Below are positions 7,904 through 18,686 of a DNA stretch of 31,472 bases, piece after piece. This DNA comes from a virus (lineage: Duplodnaviria; Caudoviricetes): IMG/VR virus record IMGVR_UViG_3300017778_001461, positions 1 through 31,472 of that record; one strand, given 5' to 3'. Each line of letters opens with the position of its first letter. Within the stretch, counting starts at the first letter, position 1. The notes beneath the pieces were generated by a model. That model made no database searches, had not been told where the DNA came from, and saw nothing but the letters and a program-made list of their open reading frames with translations. The position numbers and the translations under genes were made by a program.

Positions 7904-8303
7904 CTACTTTTGGGTTTACTTTACATATTAGATTCCATAGATCATAAGGAGTTTCTAATAGTACTTCTTCGTTATCATTTACTATAACTGGATTGATAGT
8001 TCCGTCTGCATTTATTCTTTCATATAAGTAAAAGCCAATAAGCTCTGTGCACTGCTTACCAAAATGCATATATATTAGCATGTCTATAACGTTAAAAAAC
8101 TTCTCATCATAGTCTGCAAAGTCTAAACTGAGATCTCCATACATTATATTCTGTCTAACATTAAGTTCATCAATACCATTTATGACATTAAAGAACAACT
8201 CCCTCTTTTTATCTGCTGTAGACTTCTTTTTTCTTCTTATGATAGTCTTAGTACCTATTATAGAATCCACTCCTAATTGTATTTGTTTATAATCTTTCTC
8301 CAT
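7896..8303 (-). CDS. Hypothetical protein
   Basis: 135-aa ORF overlapping neighbours. Confidence 0.8.
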   Translation of the reverse strand: MEKDYKQIQLGVDSIIGTKTIIRRKKKSTADKKRELFFNVINGIDELNVRQNIMYGDLSLDFADYDEKFFNVIDMLIYMHFGKQCTELIGFYLYERINADGTINPVIVNDNEEVLLETPYDLWNLICKVNPKVDE

Positions 8304-8646
8304 CTTTTTTGTTTTTAGTAGATACTTTAGTTATCTTACTTTTATCTTTGATAGATTGTATGATATTCTTTATGTGATTGCACATCTCATAGTTCTCATC
8401 TTCAACATACCAAAGTAAACATGTTTCTAATGCCTGAATCCAGTGGTTCTTGTGAATCTCTATGTAGTGATTCGTATCATTTATCTCAAATACACAAGCA
8501 TATATCTTGCTATTGATCATCGCATCCTCTATAGAATTAGGAGCGTGTATCTTAAGAAGTTCTTTTAATATCTCAGATCTTGCAATATCTTCAGATAATA
8601 AAAATTCAGGCTGATCAAACAATGCTCTCACAACTTTTTTTTTCAT
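8287..8646 (-). CDS. Hypothetical protein with C-terminal UVR-like motif
   Basis: EDENYEMCNHIKNII resembles the ExYExAxxIRDxI UVR helix pair. Confidence 0.65.
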   Translation of the reverse strand: MKKKVVRALFDQPEFLLSEDIARSEILKELLKIHAPNSIEDAMINSKIYACVFEINDTNHYIEIHKNHWIQALETCLLWYVEDENYEMCNHIKNIIQSIKDKSKITKVSTKNKKDGERL

Positions 8647-8663
8647 AACTAGTTAGGTTTTAT

Positions 8664-8975
8664 TTATCCGCCTCCTTTTAAAGCTTTAATTAACATAGTA
8701 GCCACAGAATTTAAAGGTACTATGAACCCTATAACATTTTTGTATGGGTTACGATCATCATAGTCAATCATTATACCAGATGCACCAAATCTTTTCTGCA
8801 ATACTACAGATATCTCATTAGCCAACATTTGTTTATCCCTAGGATCTTCGAACTCCTGATCTAAAATAAACTGCATCTTGACACCCTTCTTTGTTGGATT
8901 ATCATTAACGTCAAATTGTAGACTGTATTTCTTTCCTGCTACTGTTATATTGAATCTAGGATTAATTGCTTCCAT
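8664..8975 (-). CDS. Hypothetical protein
   Basis: 103-aa ORF; ATATTTAT 12 nt upstream. Confidence 0.8.
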   Translation of the reverse strand: MEAINPRFNITVAGKKYSLQFDVNDNPTKKGVKMQFILDQEFEDPRDKQMLANEISVVLQKRFGASGIMIDYDDRNPYKNVIGFIVPLNSVATMLIKALKGGG

Positions 8976-8987
8976 CTATCTTTTTAT

Positions 8988-8995
8988 ATAAATAT
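8988..8995 (-). promoter_or_regulatory. Putative phage promoter element ATATTTAT
   Basis: Sits in the 21-nt gap right after the glycan operon and before ATG 8975. Confidence 0.45.
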
Positions 8996-8996
8996 C

Positions 8997-10280
8997 TTAC
9001 TCTATGGTTAATAATGAATAATCAAATGGTGGATTTTCTACCCTGACTTGATCCTGGCTTAAATTAATGATATTCTGGACATGTATTTTTGCTGATCCTA
9101 GTTCATATATTCCAGGTTCATTAGGTTCTACAATTGAGCTTATGCTAGTTAGATTTTGTAGAAACATATCGTTGTTAGGATTTATGCCTGTGAAATCTAC
9201 TTCTACTTTTATATTGTATGTATCTGGCTCTCCTACTTTATAAATAGATTCAAAGTCAACTTGATTGTAAAACTTTTTAGAGGCTTCCCAATCTTCTTTA
9301 GAGAATCCAAGAAGTTCATTTGCTAAATCATGTTCATTACTAAAGACATTAAGAATCTCAGCTTTTACCTCTTCTGTCTGTACCCATACTCTTGAAAAGA
9401 ATGGTTCTAATTGTGTTAGGAATATAGGATTAATTTTTTTAGTATCTTTAATTACTAAATCCATATCTATCTTATTAAGCTTAGAGTCACCGTGATTAAA
9501 ATTACCCCACTTCTGTATAAATCGTCTGAGTTCTATCCCATCGGCAGTCTTTTGAATCTCCACTCTTTTCTTTGCTTGTTCATTATTACTATCAAACCAA
9601 TTTTTTCCTCTTGAACTTACACAGGTAAAATGATATACATTTGATTGCCACGTTTGAATAAGTTTAATTCCTGCATGTACTGCTCTTTGTACAAAGTCTG
9701 AGTCTTCTCTTCCTCTACGGAACTTAGTATCGTATCCTCCAATACTTTGCCATACATTTTTATAGAATGTAATTGGAGCAAAGAAGTATTCAGCAGCTCT
9801 ATTAGACTTTACAGATTCAGAATATGTATTCCACTCTTCCATATTAAAGTTGGTAGGATCTGTTCCAAAATCTTTTGTTATTGTATAATCAGAATATCCA
9901 TGAAGAGGAGGTTCAATTCTAGTTGATGACAAGATACTACTCTCTTCTAATTCTGATAATATTCCTGTATCATAATGCGGACCTATAACCATATCACTTT
10001 GAAGATATGATACTATATCATATTTAGCTAATTCAACTAAGAGGTTATTATTTCTAGAATATCCTACACATGGTTTTAATTTATGAGTTATGATCTTCAA
10101 GTCATAAAAATATTTCTTCTGTTCTTTAAGCCAATTTGCAGTACCTTCATTATCTGAATCTACAAATATTAAAATCTCATGTTCTTTTCCGTCTAGGTTT
10201 TCTTTTAGAGACTTTAATAGTACTTTAGTATGATCTAAAGTATTGACTGATGTATTTATTACAAAACTTATTTTGTTCAT
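8997..10280 (-). CDS. Glycosyltransferase family 2 with C-terminal extension
   Basis: ISFVIN...FVDSDNEGT, AKYDIVSYLQSDM, IGGYDTKF..GREDSD, VYHF: GT-A/GT2 motifs. Confidence 0.85.
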   Translation of the reverse strand: MNKISFVINTSVNTLDHTKVLLKSLKENLDGKEHEILIFVDSDNEGTANWLKEQKKYFYDLKIITHKLKPCVGYSRNNNLLVELAKYDIVSYLQSDMVIGPHYDTGILSELEESSILSSTRIEPPLHGYSDYTITKDFGTDPTNFNMEEWNTYSESVKSNRAAEYFFAPITFYKNVWQSIGGYDTKFRRGREDSDFVQRAVHAGIKLIQTWQSNVYHFTCVSSRGKNWFDSNNEQAKKRVEIQKTADGIELRRFIQKWGNFNHGDSKLNKIDMDLVIKDTKKINPIFLTQLEPFFSRVWVQTEEVKAEILNVFSNEHDLANELLGFSKEDWEASKKFYNQVDFESIYKVGEPDTYNIKVEVDFTGINPNNDMFLQNLTSISSIVEPNEPGIYELGSAKIHVQNIINLSQDQVRVENPPFDYSLLTIE

Positions 10281-11071
10281 TTTAATTTATTATAAACTTG
10301 TTTGATACCTTCTTCAAGACCTAAGAATGATACTAGTAATTCTTTTTTTGTTTTTGATATATAATCTATTCCCCATTTATCTTTATTCAAAGATATATCA
10401 ACTTTATAATCATTAAGATTATTTATTAGATTAGCTATATCTAATAGAGAATATGGAAGTATGTTATAGTAAGAGCATTCATATTCTTTTGGTATTGGAT
10501 TAGTGCTTGATATATAGTAATCTACTACTCTCAATAAATCTTTTATATAAAAGAAATCCATAAATTTATTTTGATGCACTTCCATCGGTTGTTTATTTAT
10601 GTATCTAATTATATTATATTTTATAAATCTAGAATCTAATTCATTCTCATCAAATATACCGTACAATCTAATATTGTAAAAGTTATTCTTATCAAATATA
10701 GACTTACTAATTACATTCTTGCTCATTCCGTATGGTTCATCTGTAGAATAGATTTCTGCGCCTGATCCAAAAGATAAAAATTTATTATAATGTGATTTGT
10801 ATTCTAACAAGTTATAATACATCTTTAGATTATTATCTAATACTTTAGTTGTATCCTTAACCAATCTATGTCCTCCTTCTATAGCGCAGTGTATTACTGT
10901 ATCGTAGTATTTATTTTGAAAAAAATTATGAACTTCTATTGAATTAGTCAAGTCTACATCCTTTCTAGTAATAGAATCAACTTGATAAATATTCTTTAAT
11001 TCCTGATATAGAAAGTTACCTATATATCCATTAGTTCCAGTAATTAGAAGTCTTATATTTTTTTTATCCAT
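10277..11071 (-). CDS. NAD(P)-dependent sugar epimerase/reductase (extended SDR)
   Basis: ITGTNGYIG, GSGAE, YGMSK, MDFFYIKD. Confidence 0.85.
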   Translation of the reverse strand: MDKKNIRLLITGTNGYIGNFLYQELKNIYQVDSITRKDVDLTNSIEVHNFFQNKYYDTVIHCAIEGGHRLVKDTTKVLDNNLKMYYNLLEYKSHYNKFLSFGSGAEIYSTDEPYGMSKNVISKSIFDKNNFYNIRLYGIFDENELDSRFIKYNIIRYINKQPMEVHQNKFMDFFYIKDLLRVVDYYISSTNPIPKEYECSYYNILPYSLLDIANLINNLNDYKVDISLNKDKWGIDYISKTKKELLVSFLGLEEGIKQVYNKLK

Positions 11072-11705
11072 TATAAATAAATATTTTATCAGCTCCGTAT
11101 TGTTCTACGTGAATATAATTAAGTTTTTTTAGTAAGGCTAATACGTTTTCTGAAGTAGTATCATATCTATTTAACCACTTTTCACAGAACTCAACACATA
11201 AAACAGGTTTATATTTTTTTATAGTCTCGACTGCTCCTAGTAGTGCATTTAATTCATATCCTTCTATATCTAATTGAATAAGATCACACCCTGTTAAATT
11301 CAAATCATCTATCTTAATACTAGGTATATATCCATCTCCAGCTATATGAACTCCACCAGTATCATTAGGTCTATCATGCCTTATTAATTGTTGGACATTT
11401 ACAGGTTTATTATTGTTACCTAAACAACATTGCATCTTTATAACATTCTTATTAGTTATATTTTGATTCAAACAATAAAAATTTATAGGATCTGGTTCAA
11501 AGGTGTAGATATAATCAAAGTGGCTTATAAATGTATTCAATATGAATCCACAATTCCCACCAGCTTGAATCATAATTTTCTTATTCTTTAAATGAGGTTC
11601 AATATAGTCTATTAAATCCTGATACTCATTTTGATATTTCCAACTATTCTCATCAATGACAGGCCATATCCAACCACTTTCTTTTTTTACTACTGAATTT
11701 TTCAT
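11064..11705 (-). CDS. FkbM-family SAM-dependent methyltransferase
   Basis: IQAGGNCG, FEPDP, IDDLNL..CDLIQLDIEGYELNALLGA..TI. Confidence 0.9.
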   Translation of the reverse strand: MKNSVVKKESGWIWPVIDENSWKYQNEYQDLIDYIEPHLKNKKIMIQAGGNCGFILNTFISHFDYIYTFEPDPINFYCLNQNITNKNVIKMQCCLGNNNKPVNVQQLIRHDRPNDTGGVHIAGDGYIPSIKIDDLNLTGCDLIQLDIEGYELNALLGAVETIKKYKPVLCVEFCEKWLNRYDTTSENVLALLKKLNYIHVEQYGADKIFIYNG

Positions 11706-12544
11706 TTTTTATAATAGTTAATCGTTTTTAATATTCCAGATTCTAAATCTACATTAGACTCTGTATTTGTAATTTTTCTTATTTTTGCATTATCTCCACA
11801 TATATAAAGAGGAGAATTCCTATTTAATTCCGGATTAAATGATAATCTACTTTTACTATTACACAATGTAGATATTTTATTTATTACCTCTTTCAAATTA
11901 TATTGATACCCTGAACATATATTGTAAATTCCTGTAGATTGAGATACTAAGAGTTTAGAAAACATATCCACAAAATCATCTATGTACATGTAGTCTATAG
12001 TCTTATTGCATTCATCTAATAGCACTTCTTCATTATTAAGAAACTTATTGATCACTGTAGGTATCAATCTAGTAGAGACATCTCCAGGACCATAAACATA
12101 ACAGGGTCTTATCCACACCCAATCTATATTGTTTTGTTTACATACTAACTCAGAATATCTTTTAAATGTATACTTAGACAATCCATATAAATCAATAGGA
12201 GATTCTTGTATGCTTTCATCTACAATAAAATTTTTGTCTCCGTATTCTGTAAAGCTTCCAAATCCAATAAACTTAGTTTTTTTATTTAGGTCTTTAAGAG
12301 ATTTAACTAACTGAATACTTGTGTTTAAATTTTCTGTAAATTGATTTGAATTATTTATGCTTTGGTAACTGTTGCATCCACTCCATCCACAATGAACTAC
12401 TACATCAGGAGAGAACATAGATACTTGTAATTTTATACTCTCAATATTTTTAGGTAGACAATAAACTATATGCTTTTCTGATGATAGTTTTTTAACAATA
12501 TTAGATCCTATAAATCCACTACCTCCAGTAATCAGTATCTTCAT
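11702..12544 (-). CDS. NAD(P)-dependent sugar epimerase/reductase (extended SDR)
   Basis: ITGGSGFIG, GSFTEYG, YGLSK, RPCYVYGPGD. Confidence 0.9.
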   Translation of the reverse strand: MKILITGGSGFIGSNIVKKLSSEKHIVYCLPKNIESIKLQVSMFSPDVVVHCGWSGCNSYQSINNSNQFTENLNTSIQLVKSLKDLNKKTKFIGFGSFTEYGDKNFIVDESIQESPIDLYGLSKYTFKRYSELVCKQNNIDWVWIRPCYVYGPGDVSTRLIPTVINKFLNNEEVLLDECNKTIDYMYIDDFVDMFSKLLVSQSTGIYNICSGYQYNLKEVINKISTLCNSKSRLSFNPELNRNSPLYICGDNAKIRKITNTESNVDLESGILKTINYYKK

Positions 12545-13539
12545 TTATTTAGCTTTTGTGCTACCTCTAATATAAGATCTTCTTGACCAGCAACTAACTT
12601 TCTATTTCCAAGTTCAAATATTAATGATGAATATTCTATACCGAATAGTTTAGATGCTTTAATGATTGGCTTTTCAAAACCTGAGAATAGTCTATTTAAT
12701 CCTGTCAAGATATTAACTGGTGTAGATATTGGTGCAGTAGGTACTAGATAGTTCATAACCTTATCTGCTTCTATGATAACTTTTTGAAAGTCTATATCTA
12801 CTTCGTATCCACTCTTCTCTAATACAGGTATTAACATTTCTAAATGTGCGTTACCTGCTCCTGCACCAAAACCTCTGATGCAAGCATCAATATACTTAGC
12901 TCCATAATTAACTGCTGTTAATGAATTAGCTATTGCTAATCCTAAATTATCATGAGCATGAAAACCAGTATCTATTTTTAAATTATCTTTAAGCGCACTC
13001 ATCCTTTCATAAACATCTTTTGGTAAGTACGTGCCTGTTGAATCCATTATGATAACTGCTTCTGCACCATACTCTTCCATGATCTTTGCATTCTCTACTA
13101 ATGTTTTAGTATCTGCTAATGCACTCATCATCAATACTCCTAATACTATTTTGTCTTTACTCTTTAGATACTCTATATGAGACTTAGATAACGTAGCTTC
13201 GGTACAATGTGTTGCAATTCTAAATACATCTACACCTATACTAATTGCTGGTTCAATATCTTTTTTAACTGTTGCAATACCTGGTATAATATGAATACCT
13301 AGCTTAGATGTTTTAAGACTTTCTCTTGCGGTGGATAGAATTTGTCTATCAGTATATGGAGACTGCCCAATTAATAGCGATGATGCCCCTAAACCGTTGC
13401 CATGCCCCACTTCTACAATAGGAATACCAGCTTGATCTGCAAATTGGCAATATGTTTTTATTTGATCAAGATTGATGGTATGTTTTACAGCGTGATTGCC
13501 ATCTCTTAAAGACGAATCTGTTATTATGATCTTACTCAT
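12541..13539 (-). CDS. dmpG: 4-hydroxy-2-oxovalerate aldolase (DmpG/MhpE family)
   Basis: DSSLRDGNH, EVGHGNGLGASS, RIATHCTEA, GFHAHDNLGLAIANS, GAGAGN, LVAGQEDLI. Confidence 0.93.
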   Translation of the reverse strand: MSKIIITDSSLRDGNHAVKHTINLDQIKTYCQFADQAGIPIVEVGHGNGLGASSLLIGQSPYTDRQILSTARESLKTSKLGIHIIPGIATVKKDIEPAISIGVDVFRIATHCTEATLSKSHIEYLKSKDKIVLGVLMMSALADTKTLVENAKIMEEYGAEAVIIMDSTGTYLPKDVYERMSALKDNLKIDTGFHAHDNLGLAIANSLTAVNYGAKYIDACIRGFGAGAGNAHLEMLIPVLEKSGYEVDIDFQKVIIEADKVMNYLVPTAPISTPVNILTGLNRLFSGFEKPIIKASKLFGIEYSSLIFELGNRKLVAGQEDLILEVAQKLNK

Positions 13540-14387
13540 TACAATAAATTTTTAGTTACTTCAATTGCAGCACAGTTAATAATATCCAAGTTACCTGCAT
13601 ATTCTGGTAGATAATCTCCTGATCCTTTTACTTTAACGCTTAATACAAGTACATCGTCATTAATAACTGGTGGTAATACTAATTCATAGTGCGGTATATA
13701 AGTCTTTAGCTCTTTAATCTTTTTATAAATCTCTTCAACTAGATTTTCAAAATCAATATTCTGAAACTTCAGGAACATTGTTGTTTGCATATCAACACAT
13801 GGTTCAGCTGGATTAAGATTCAATATAACTTTACAATTCTCACACTTAGTAAATTGTTTTATGGCCATCTCAGTTGTGTGGATATAAGAATCAACATTAA
13901 TCCTTGTTGCCATCCCTGCACTCTTAGATGCAATTTGAGATACAACTTCTATGTAGTCTAACTTATCGCAATACTTAGATATTAGATTAAGCATTGGCAT
14001 AGAAGCTTGACCACCACAAGTGATCATGTTTACATTACCATAATCTAATATAACTTTAGAGTTGATACTAGGTACACATAATGGTCCTACTTTAGCAGGA
14101 GTTAGATCAATAACTTTAATTCCTTGATCAGCAAATACTTTAGCGTGTAGTTTTGCATCTGCAGCACTTGTACAATCGTATACTACATCACAACAATTAG
14201 GATTATCAATGAAGTATTGTATACCTTTGTCTGTAATAGGTATGTTCTTTTGTATAGCTATCTTCATACCATCAGAATCTAATCTTCTACCTGAAAATAT
14301 AACTGGCGTTATGAAGTTAGTCTTAAGTATTTTTAACAATAAGTCTGTACCAATATTTCCTGTTCCTATAATTCCTGCCTTTATCAT
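13539..14387 (-). CDS. dmpF: Acetaldehyde dehydrogenase (acylating) (DmpF/MhpF family)
   Basis: IIGTGNIGTDLL, IDLTPA, NVNMITCGGQA (catalytic Cys), SAGMATRxN, GDYLPEYAGNLDII. Confidence 0.93.
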   Translation of the reverse strand: MIKAGIIGTGNIGTDLLLKILKTNFITPVIFSGRRLDSDGMKIAIQKNIPITDKGIQYFIDNPNCCDVVYDCTSAADAKLHAKVFADQGIKVIDLTPAKVGPLCVPSINSKVILDYGNVNMITCGGQASMPMLNLISKYCDKLDYIEVVSQIASKSAGMATRINVDSYIHTTEMAIKQFTKCENCKVILNLNPAEPCVDMQTTMFLKFQNIDFENLVEEIYKKIKELKTYIPHYELVLPPVINDDVLVLSVKVKGSGDYLPEYAGNLDIINCAAIEVTKNLL

Positions 14388-16165
14388 CGTTTAATTAGTT
14401 TAGATTTTTCACTAACTCCTATTATCATTTCTTTTTCTATTATTCCATATGAAAGTAGAGGGGACATTTCTTCAATTGGTGGTGGAAATATACTACCGTC
14501 TTCCTTAACAACGCCTTTTACTTTTGGAATAAAATCCTGTTCAGGATCCATAAAAACTTCTAAGCAAGCAGGTCCGGGTTCATTAATAAAGTATGCCATT
14601 ACTTGATCAAAGTTATCCCATGATTTTATATCATAGTACTTATACCCGAATGCAGGCATAACTTTATTATAATTAGGTAGACCTATTCCAGTTTTTTTAT
14701 TTACGCTAACATAGTCTCCTTTAAATAACATCTTTTGAGTATGCTTGATCATTAAGTATCCATCATTGTTAAAGATAATAATTTTAACTGGTAAATTATT
14801 TTCTACAATTGTGTGAAGTTCTTGTATATTCATCATCATACCACCGTCACAATTTAAACATAACACAGGCTTATTTGGGCATGCAAGAGCCGCACCTAAT
14901 GCAGCAGGAAGACCATACCCCATTTCGCCAAGACCTTGTGATGTAAACATAGTCTGGTTAGGTTTGAGCTTTATGTTTTGATGTCCACTTAATAAAGCAG
15001 TTCCCATATCAGTTACAACTATATGATCATCTTTTAAATAGTCAGACATCTTAGTTATGAACTTATATGAGTTTAAGTATCCATTATCTTTATGAATAGT
15101 TTCATCTACTAAAGGATATCTTTCTTTTAATTCTTTACATTTATTTACCCACTGTTTTTTATATCCCCATAGCATATATGAAGATTGAATTAAACTTTCT
15201 ATAACGTCTTTACAATCTCCCCAAACAAAATCAACTGGATATTTAGTTCCTTCAAGTTCATCTATATCTACTACAATTATCTTTGCACCTCTTGCAAATT
15301 GGCTAAAGTCATATCCTACTTGGGGTAAGGCCAATCTACTTCCTAATACAAGTATTAAATCAGCATTTTGTACAATAAAGTTTGCAGCTCTTTGTCCATA
15401 TAAACCAAACCTACCAAAGAAGTTAGGATTGTCATTATTTAATAAGTCTATACCTGACCAAGTAAGTAGCGTAGGGATTTTTGCATAATCCAATAATTGA
15501 TTGAATTGTTTTTTTGCTCCTGATAATCTAATACCATTGCCTCCTACTATAACTGGTCTTTTAGACTTATTAATCTCATCTATAATTAATTCTATGTCTG
15601 TTTCTATTTTAACTGGTTCAATGAAATCCCAAACTCTTCTATCAACCATCTTAGCTTGTAAATTCATTGGAATATCTAACCATACTGGACCTGGTCTTCC
15701 TACAGTTGTTACGTGATCAAGTTCTTCTAATATAGTTTGAATATCCATGTGATCATCAAATGCAACTGCTTTCTTAGTTACCTCTGATACCATCTTGGTT
15801 ATATTCAATCCTTGTGTACCATACATTCTCAATGTCTCTTGAGTACTAACATAATTATAATTCTCTTGTCCTGATATAATAATACCAGGTATAGAGTCTG
15901 CCCAGTTACTAACTACTCCTGTAACTGCATTTGTAACTCCGCCTCCTGCAGTAACAATAGCTGCTGATAATTTACCTGATGCTCTAAAGTATGCACCCAT
16001 CGCAAGTACTGCAGCTTGTTCATGGTGGGTATTAATAATTTTAGTGTAACCTAATTTATTAATAGAATCAAATATATGAGAATTTGCAGATCCTATAATA
16101 CCAAAAACTACTTCGATACCTTTCTCTTTAAGATAATCTGCAATAATATCACTTACTTTTACCAT
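14384..16165 (-). CDS. ThDP-dependent enzyme, acetolactate-synthase-like; likely YerE-type sugar C-branching enzyme
   Basis: HHEQAA (catalytic Glu), GRPGPVWLDIP, GSRL, GLGEMGYGLPAALGA, CDGGMMMNIQEL...NN; located among NDP-deoxysugar genes. Confidence 0.85.
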   Translation of the reverse strand: MVKVSDIIADYLKEKGIEVVFGIIGSANSHIFDSINKLGYTKIINTHHEQAAVLAMGAYFRASGKLSAAIVTAGGGVTNAVTGVVSNWADSIPGIIISGQENYNYVSTQETLRMYGTQGLNITKMVSEVTKKAVAFDDHMDIQTILEELDHVTTVGRPGPVWLDIPMNLQAKMVDRRVWDFIEPVKIETDIELIIDEINKSKRPVIVGGNGIRLSGAKKQFNQLLDYAKIPTLLTWSGIDLLNNDNPNFFGRFGLYGQRAANFIVQNADLILVLGSRLALPQVGYDFSQFARGAKIIVVDIDELEGTKYPVDFVWGDCKDVIESLIQSSYMLWGYKKQWVNKCKELKERYPLVDETIHKDNGYLNSYKFITKMSDYLKDDHIVVTDMGTALLSGHQNIKLKPNQTMFTSQGLGEMGYGLPAALGAALACPNKPVLCLNCDGGMMMNIQELHTIVENNLPVKIIIFNNDGYLMIKHTQKMLFKGDYVSVNKKTGIGLPNYNKVMPAFGYKYYDIKSWDNFDQVMAYFINEPGPACLEVFMDPEQDFIPKVKGVVKEDGSIFPPPIEEMSPLLSYGIIEKEMIIGVSEKSKLIKR

Positions 16166-17112
16166 ATAAATTTTGATTTATAATATTGAACTATTTTATT
16201 AATTTCAATATCGAATAGTATTTTAGGTTCCCATCCAAGACTTCTAAGTTTGCTATCATCTAAAGCATATCTTATATCTTGTCCAGGCCTTGAATATTCA
16301 GTATCAATATAATCATTTATATCAAATGTACTTAATCCTGTATACTTATGTATAACTTTCTCTATAGTGTTTAAATTTGTTTGTTCGTATCCACCTGCTA
16401 TATTGAATATCTCATTATGAATATCAGATTCAATTATAGTAATTACCGCTTGTGCGGTATCTGCTGCATGTAACCAATTACGAATAGGAGATCCTCCATT
16501 ATGCAATGGTATTTTTCTATTTAATGTAAGATATTTACAAGCTTTAGGAATAAGCTTCTCTACATATTGCCCCACCCCATAGTTATTAGTAGGTCTAACA
16601 ATAATATACGGGATCTTATAGGTTCTGCCCCAAGCTAATATCAATTGATCGGCTGCAGCTTTAGTTGCTGAATAAGGATTAGACGGTTTTAAAAGATCTG
16701 CTTCTGTGTGAGTACCGTCTTCTATATCTCCATAGACTTCATCAGTAGAGAAGTGTAATAGTACAGGTACTTTTGTTGTCTCTTGCCTATAGTTTCTCAA
16801 TAGCTCAAGTATATTGTGAACTCCATTAATATTGGAAGATACAAACCTATCTGAGTTAGCAATTGAATTACCTACATGAGTCTCTGCCGCTGTATTAATA
16901 ATATAATCACATTCGTATAAGAATTTAAGATCGTTTATATCTGCATGTACAAAAGAAAACTTGGGATTAGAAACAAACTCTGGAATTAAATCTTCATTTG
17001 CTGCATAAGTTGATGCGTCAACTCCTTTAACATACCAACCTTTATTTAAACACGCTTTTGTTATATGACTTCCTATAAGACCTAGACAACCTGTTACGTA
17101 AACTATTTTCAT
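16159..17112 (-). CDS. rfbB: dTDP-glucose 4,6-dehydratase-like (RmlB/RfbB)
   Basis: AAETHV, STDEVYGD, PSNPYSATKAA, NNYG..QY.EKLIP, RPGQDIRYA. Confidence 0.9.
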   Translation of the reverse strand: MKIVYVTGCLGLIGSHITKACLNKGWYVKGVDASTYAANEDLIPEFVSNPKFSFVHADINDLKFLYECDYIINTAAETHVGNSIANSDRFVSSNINGVHNILELLRNYRQETTKVPVLLHFSTDEVYGDIEDGTHTEADLLKPSNPYSATKAAADQLILAWGRTYKIPYIIVRPTNNYGVGQYVEKLIPKACKYLTLNRKIPLHNGGSPIRNWLHAADTAQAVITIIESDIHNEIFNIAGGYEQTNLNTIEKVIHKYTGLSTFDINDYIDTEYSRPGQDIRYALDDSKLRSLGWEPKILFDIEINKIVQYYKSKFIW

Positions 17113-18686
17113 ATTATATTATTTTCTTTTAAATATTTATCTACTAACTCATGATACATTTTAGGTTTACCATAATAAACGCCTTCTAAAACTGTGTGTC
17201 CAATGAAATGAATGATCTTAGATTTCATATTAATATCCCAACCACCGTACTCATTTTCAGAATCTATATTACCAAATGTTGGATGATATCCCCAATTAGG
17301 ACATATAAAGTATTCTAAAGGATTTAAAATTCTTGGTTTTATTTTAGATCTAATTATATTCATAACACCAAAGAAAGATTGCTGTTGAGTATCTATAGCA
17401 GATCTTTCAGGACCTGTCATTTCTTTACCATTACTATCATATATACCATTATAATTAAAAAGACTCAATAAAAAAATAAAATAATCCAAGTCAAGAAAAT
17501 CTTCATACATATCCAAACTTATTCCTTGTATACCCGCATTAAATCCAAGCATATTAGGATTGCATTGTTGATAATATGGAAATGAATTTTCATATAGATT
17601 AAAAAGAGTATTAGCTAATGATTTATCGCAATTTGAATTTAAAGGTTCTGATATTAAACAAGGTATCTTGTTTTTTAAGCAGTCTTTAAATTCAGATAGT
17701 TCATCTTGGAGAATAATATCATCATCGTAAATTAAGTAATAATCCGTAATATTTTTACTTTTTAAATAATGTGCATGAATTATGAAATAAATAGCTTTAT
17801 AATCCAGAAATTTAGTTACAACTCCTTCTGGTACTCCGTAATCTAAACAATACGTATCTAACATTGTTTTTGAATAGGATACTATCTTACAATTCAAACT
17901 ATTAATTTTTTCAGTCCACTCATCTTGATACGCTTCATCATCCCACAAAATATGGAACTCAATATCAAATTCAGGCAGTTTATTTATAGCTTGATGCATT
18001 GCAAAAAAAGCTGATTTATTTTTTGCTCTATACATATTAGCTATTACTAATCTATACTTTTTTTTCAATATAGTATTTTTTACATATATCTCGTCGCATC
18101 CACTTTTTTTGAATAACGTATATGGTTTATCTTTAAAAAACTCTACAAATCTTTGATCCTTAAAATTATTCTCTATACTCAGTACTTGAATATCATATTC
18201 ACTAAAATCTATGGTTTCAAGTATTTTAAGTTCATTTCCTTCTGTATCTATAGAGAGATAATTAATAACTTTATTGATTATTAAATTACTAAATAATTCT
18301 GTTTTTACTTTAATGTATTCATACTCATGATTATTATTTAAAGTATTAACTACAAAATTATCTAATTCTTTTTTATCATAAGACTCTACTAATCCACCTA
18401 AAGTATCAGGACCATCTTTTATAAAAAGAAATTCAGCATCTCCAGTATTATTTGATATCGCATAATTATAACATTCGCATTTTCTATTTTGTACTAGTTT
18501 TGAAAACAAATTAGGATTGGGTTCTATACAAATCCCAGTCCATCCAAGCTCTTCAAAAAATAATGAATTACTACCTTGTGTTTTTCCGTCATAGGCTCCA
18601 ATGTCTACAAAGAACCCATTTTTAATATTTTTGAAGAAGTTCTCATAGACTATTTCGTCTTGGTTAAATTGAGAGTAGTATTTCAT
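17109..18686 (-). CDS. Fusion of FkbM methyltransferase and GT8-like GT-A domain
   Basis: N-terminal YSQFNQD, GFFVDIGAYDG..SNS..FEE.GW.GICIEPNP, SIDTEGNE; C-terminal YLIYDDD, FNAGI, DTQQQSFF, IIHFIG. Confidence 0.75.
   Translation of the reverse strand: MKYYSQFNQDEIVYENFFKNIKNGFFVDIGAYDGKTQGSNSLFFEELGWTGICIEPNPNLFSKLVQNRKCECYNYAISNNTGDAEFLFIKDGPDTLGGLVESYDKKELDNFVVNTLNNNHEYEYIKVKTELFSNLIINKVINYLSIDTEGNELKILETIDFSEYDIQVLSIENNFKDQRFVEFFKDKPYTLFKKSGCDEIYVKNTILKKKYRLVIANMYRAKNKSAFFAMHQAINKLPEFDIEFHILWDDEAYQDEWTEKINSLNCKIVSYSKTMLDTYCLDYGVPEGVVTKFLDYKAIYFIIHAHYLKSKNITDYYLIYDDDIILQDELSEFKDCLKNKIPCLISEPLNSNCDKSLANTLFNLYENSFPYYQQCNPNMLGFNAGIQGISLDMYEDFLDLDYFIFLLSLFNYNGIYDSNGKEMTGPERSAIDTQQQSFFGVMNIIRSKIKPRILNPLEYFICPNWGYHPTFGNIDSENEYGGWDINMKSKIIHFIGHTVLEGVYYGKPKMYHELVDKYLKENNII

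Noticed and set aside
12541-14387. dmpFG as aromatic-degradation auxiliary metabolic genes
   Set aside because: No dioxygenase, hydrolase or hydratase of the meta-cleavage pathway is present, and the genes are coupled inside an NDP-sugar operon next to a 2-oxoacid-using ThDP enzyme.
14384-16165. Acetolactate synthase for branched-chain amino acid synthesis (ilvB)
   Set aside because: No small subunit, ilvC or ilvD nearby; the sugar-pathway context favours a YerE-type role, although this is untested.
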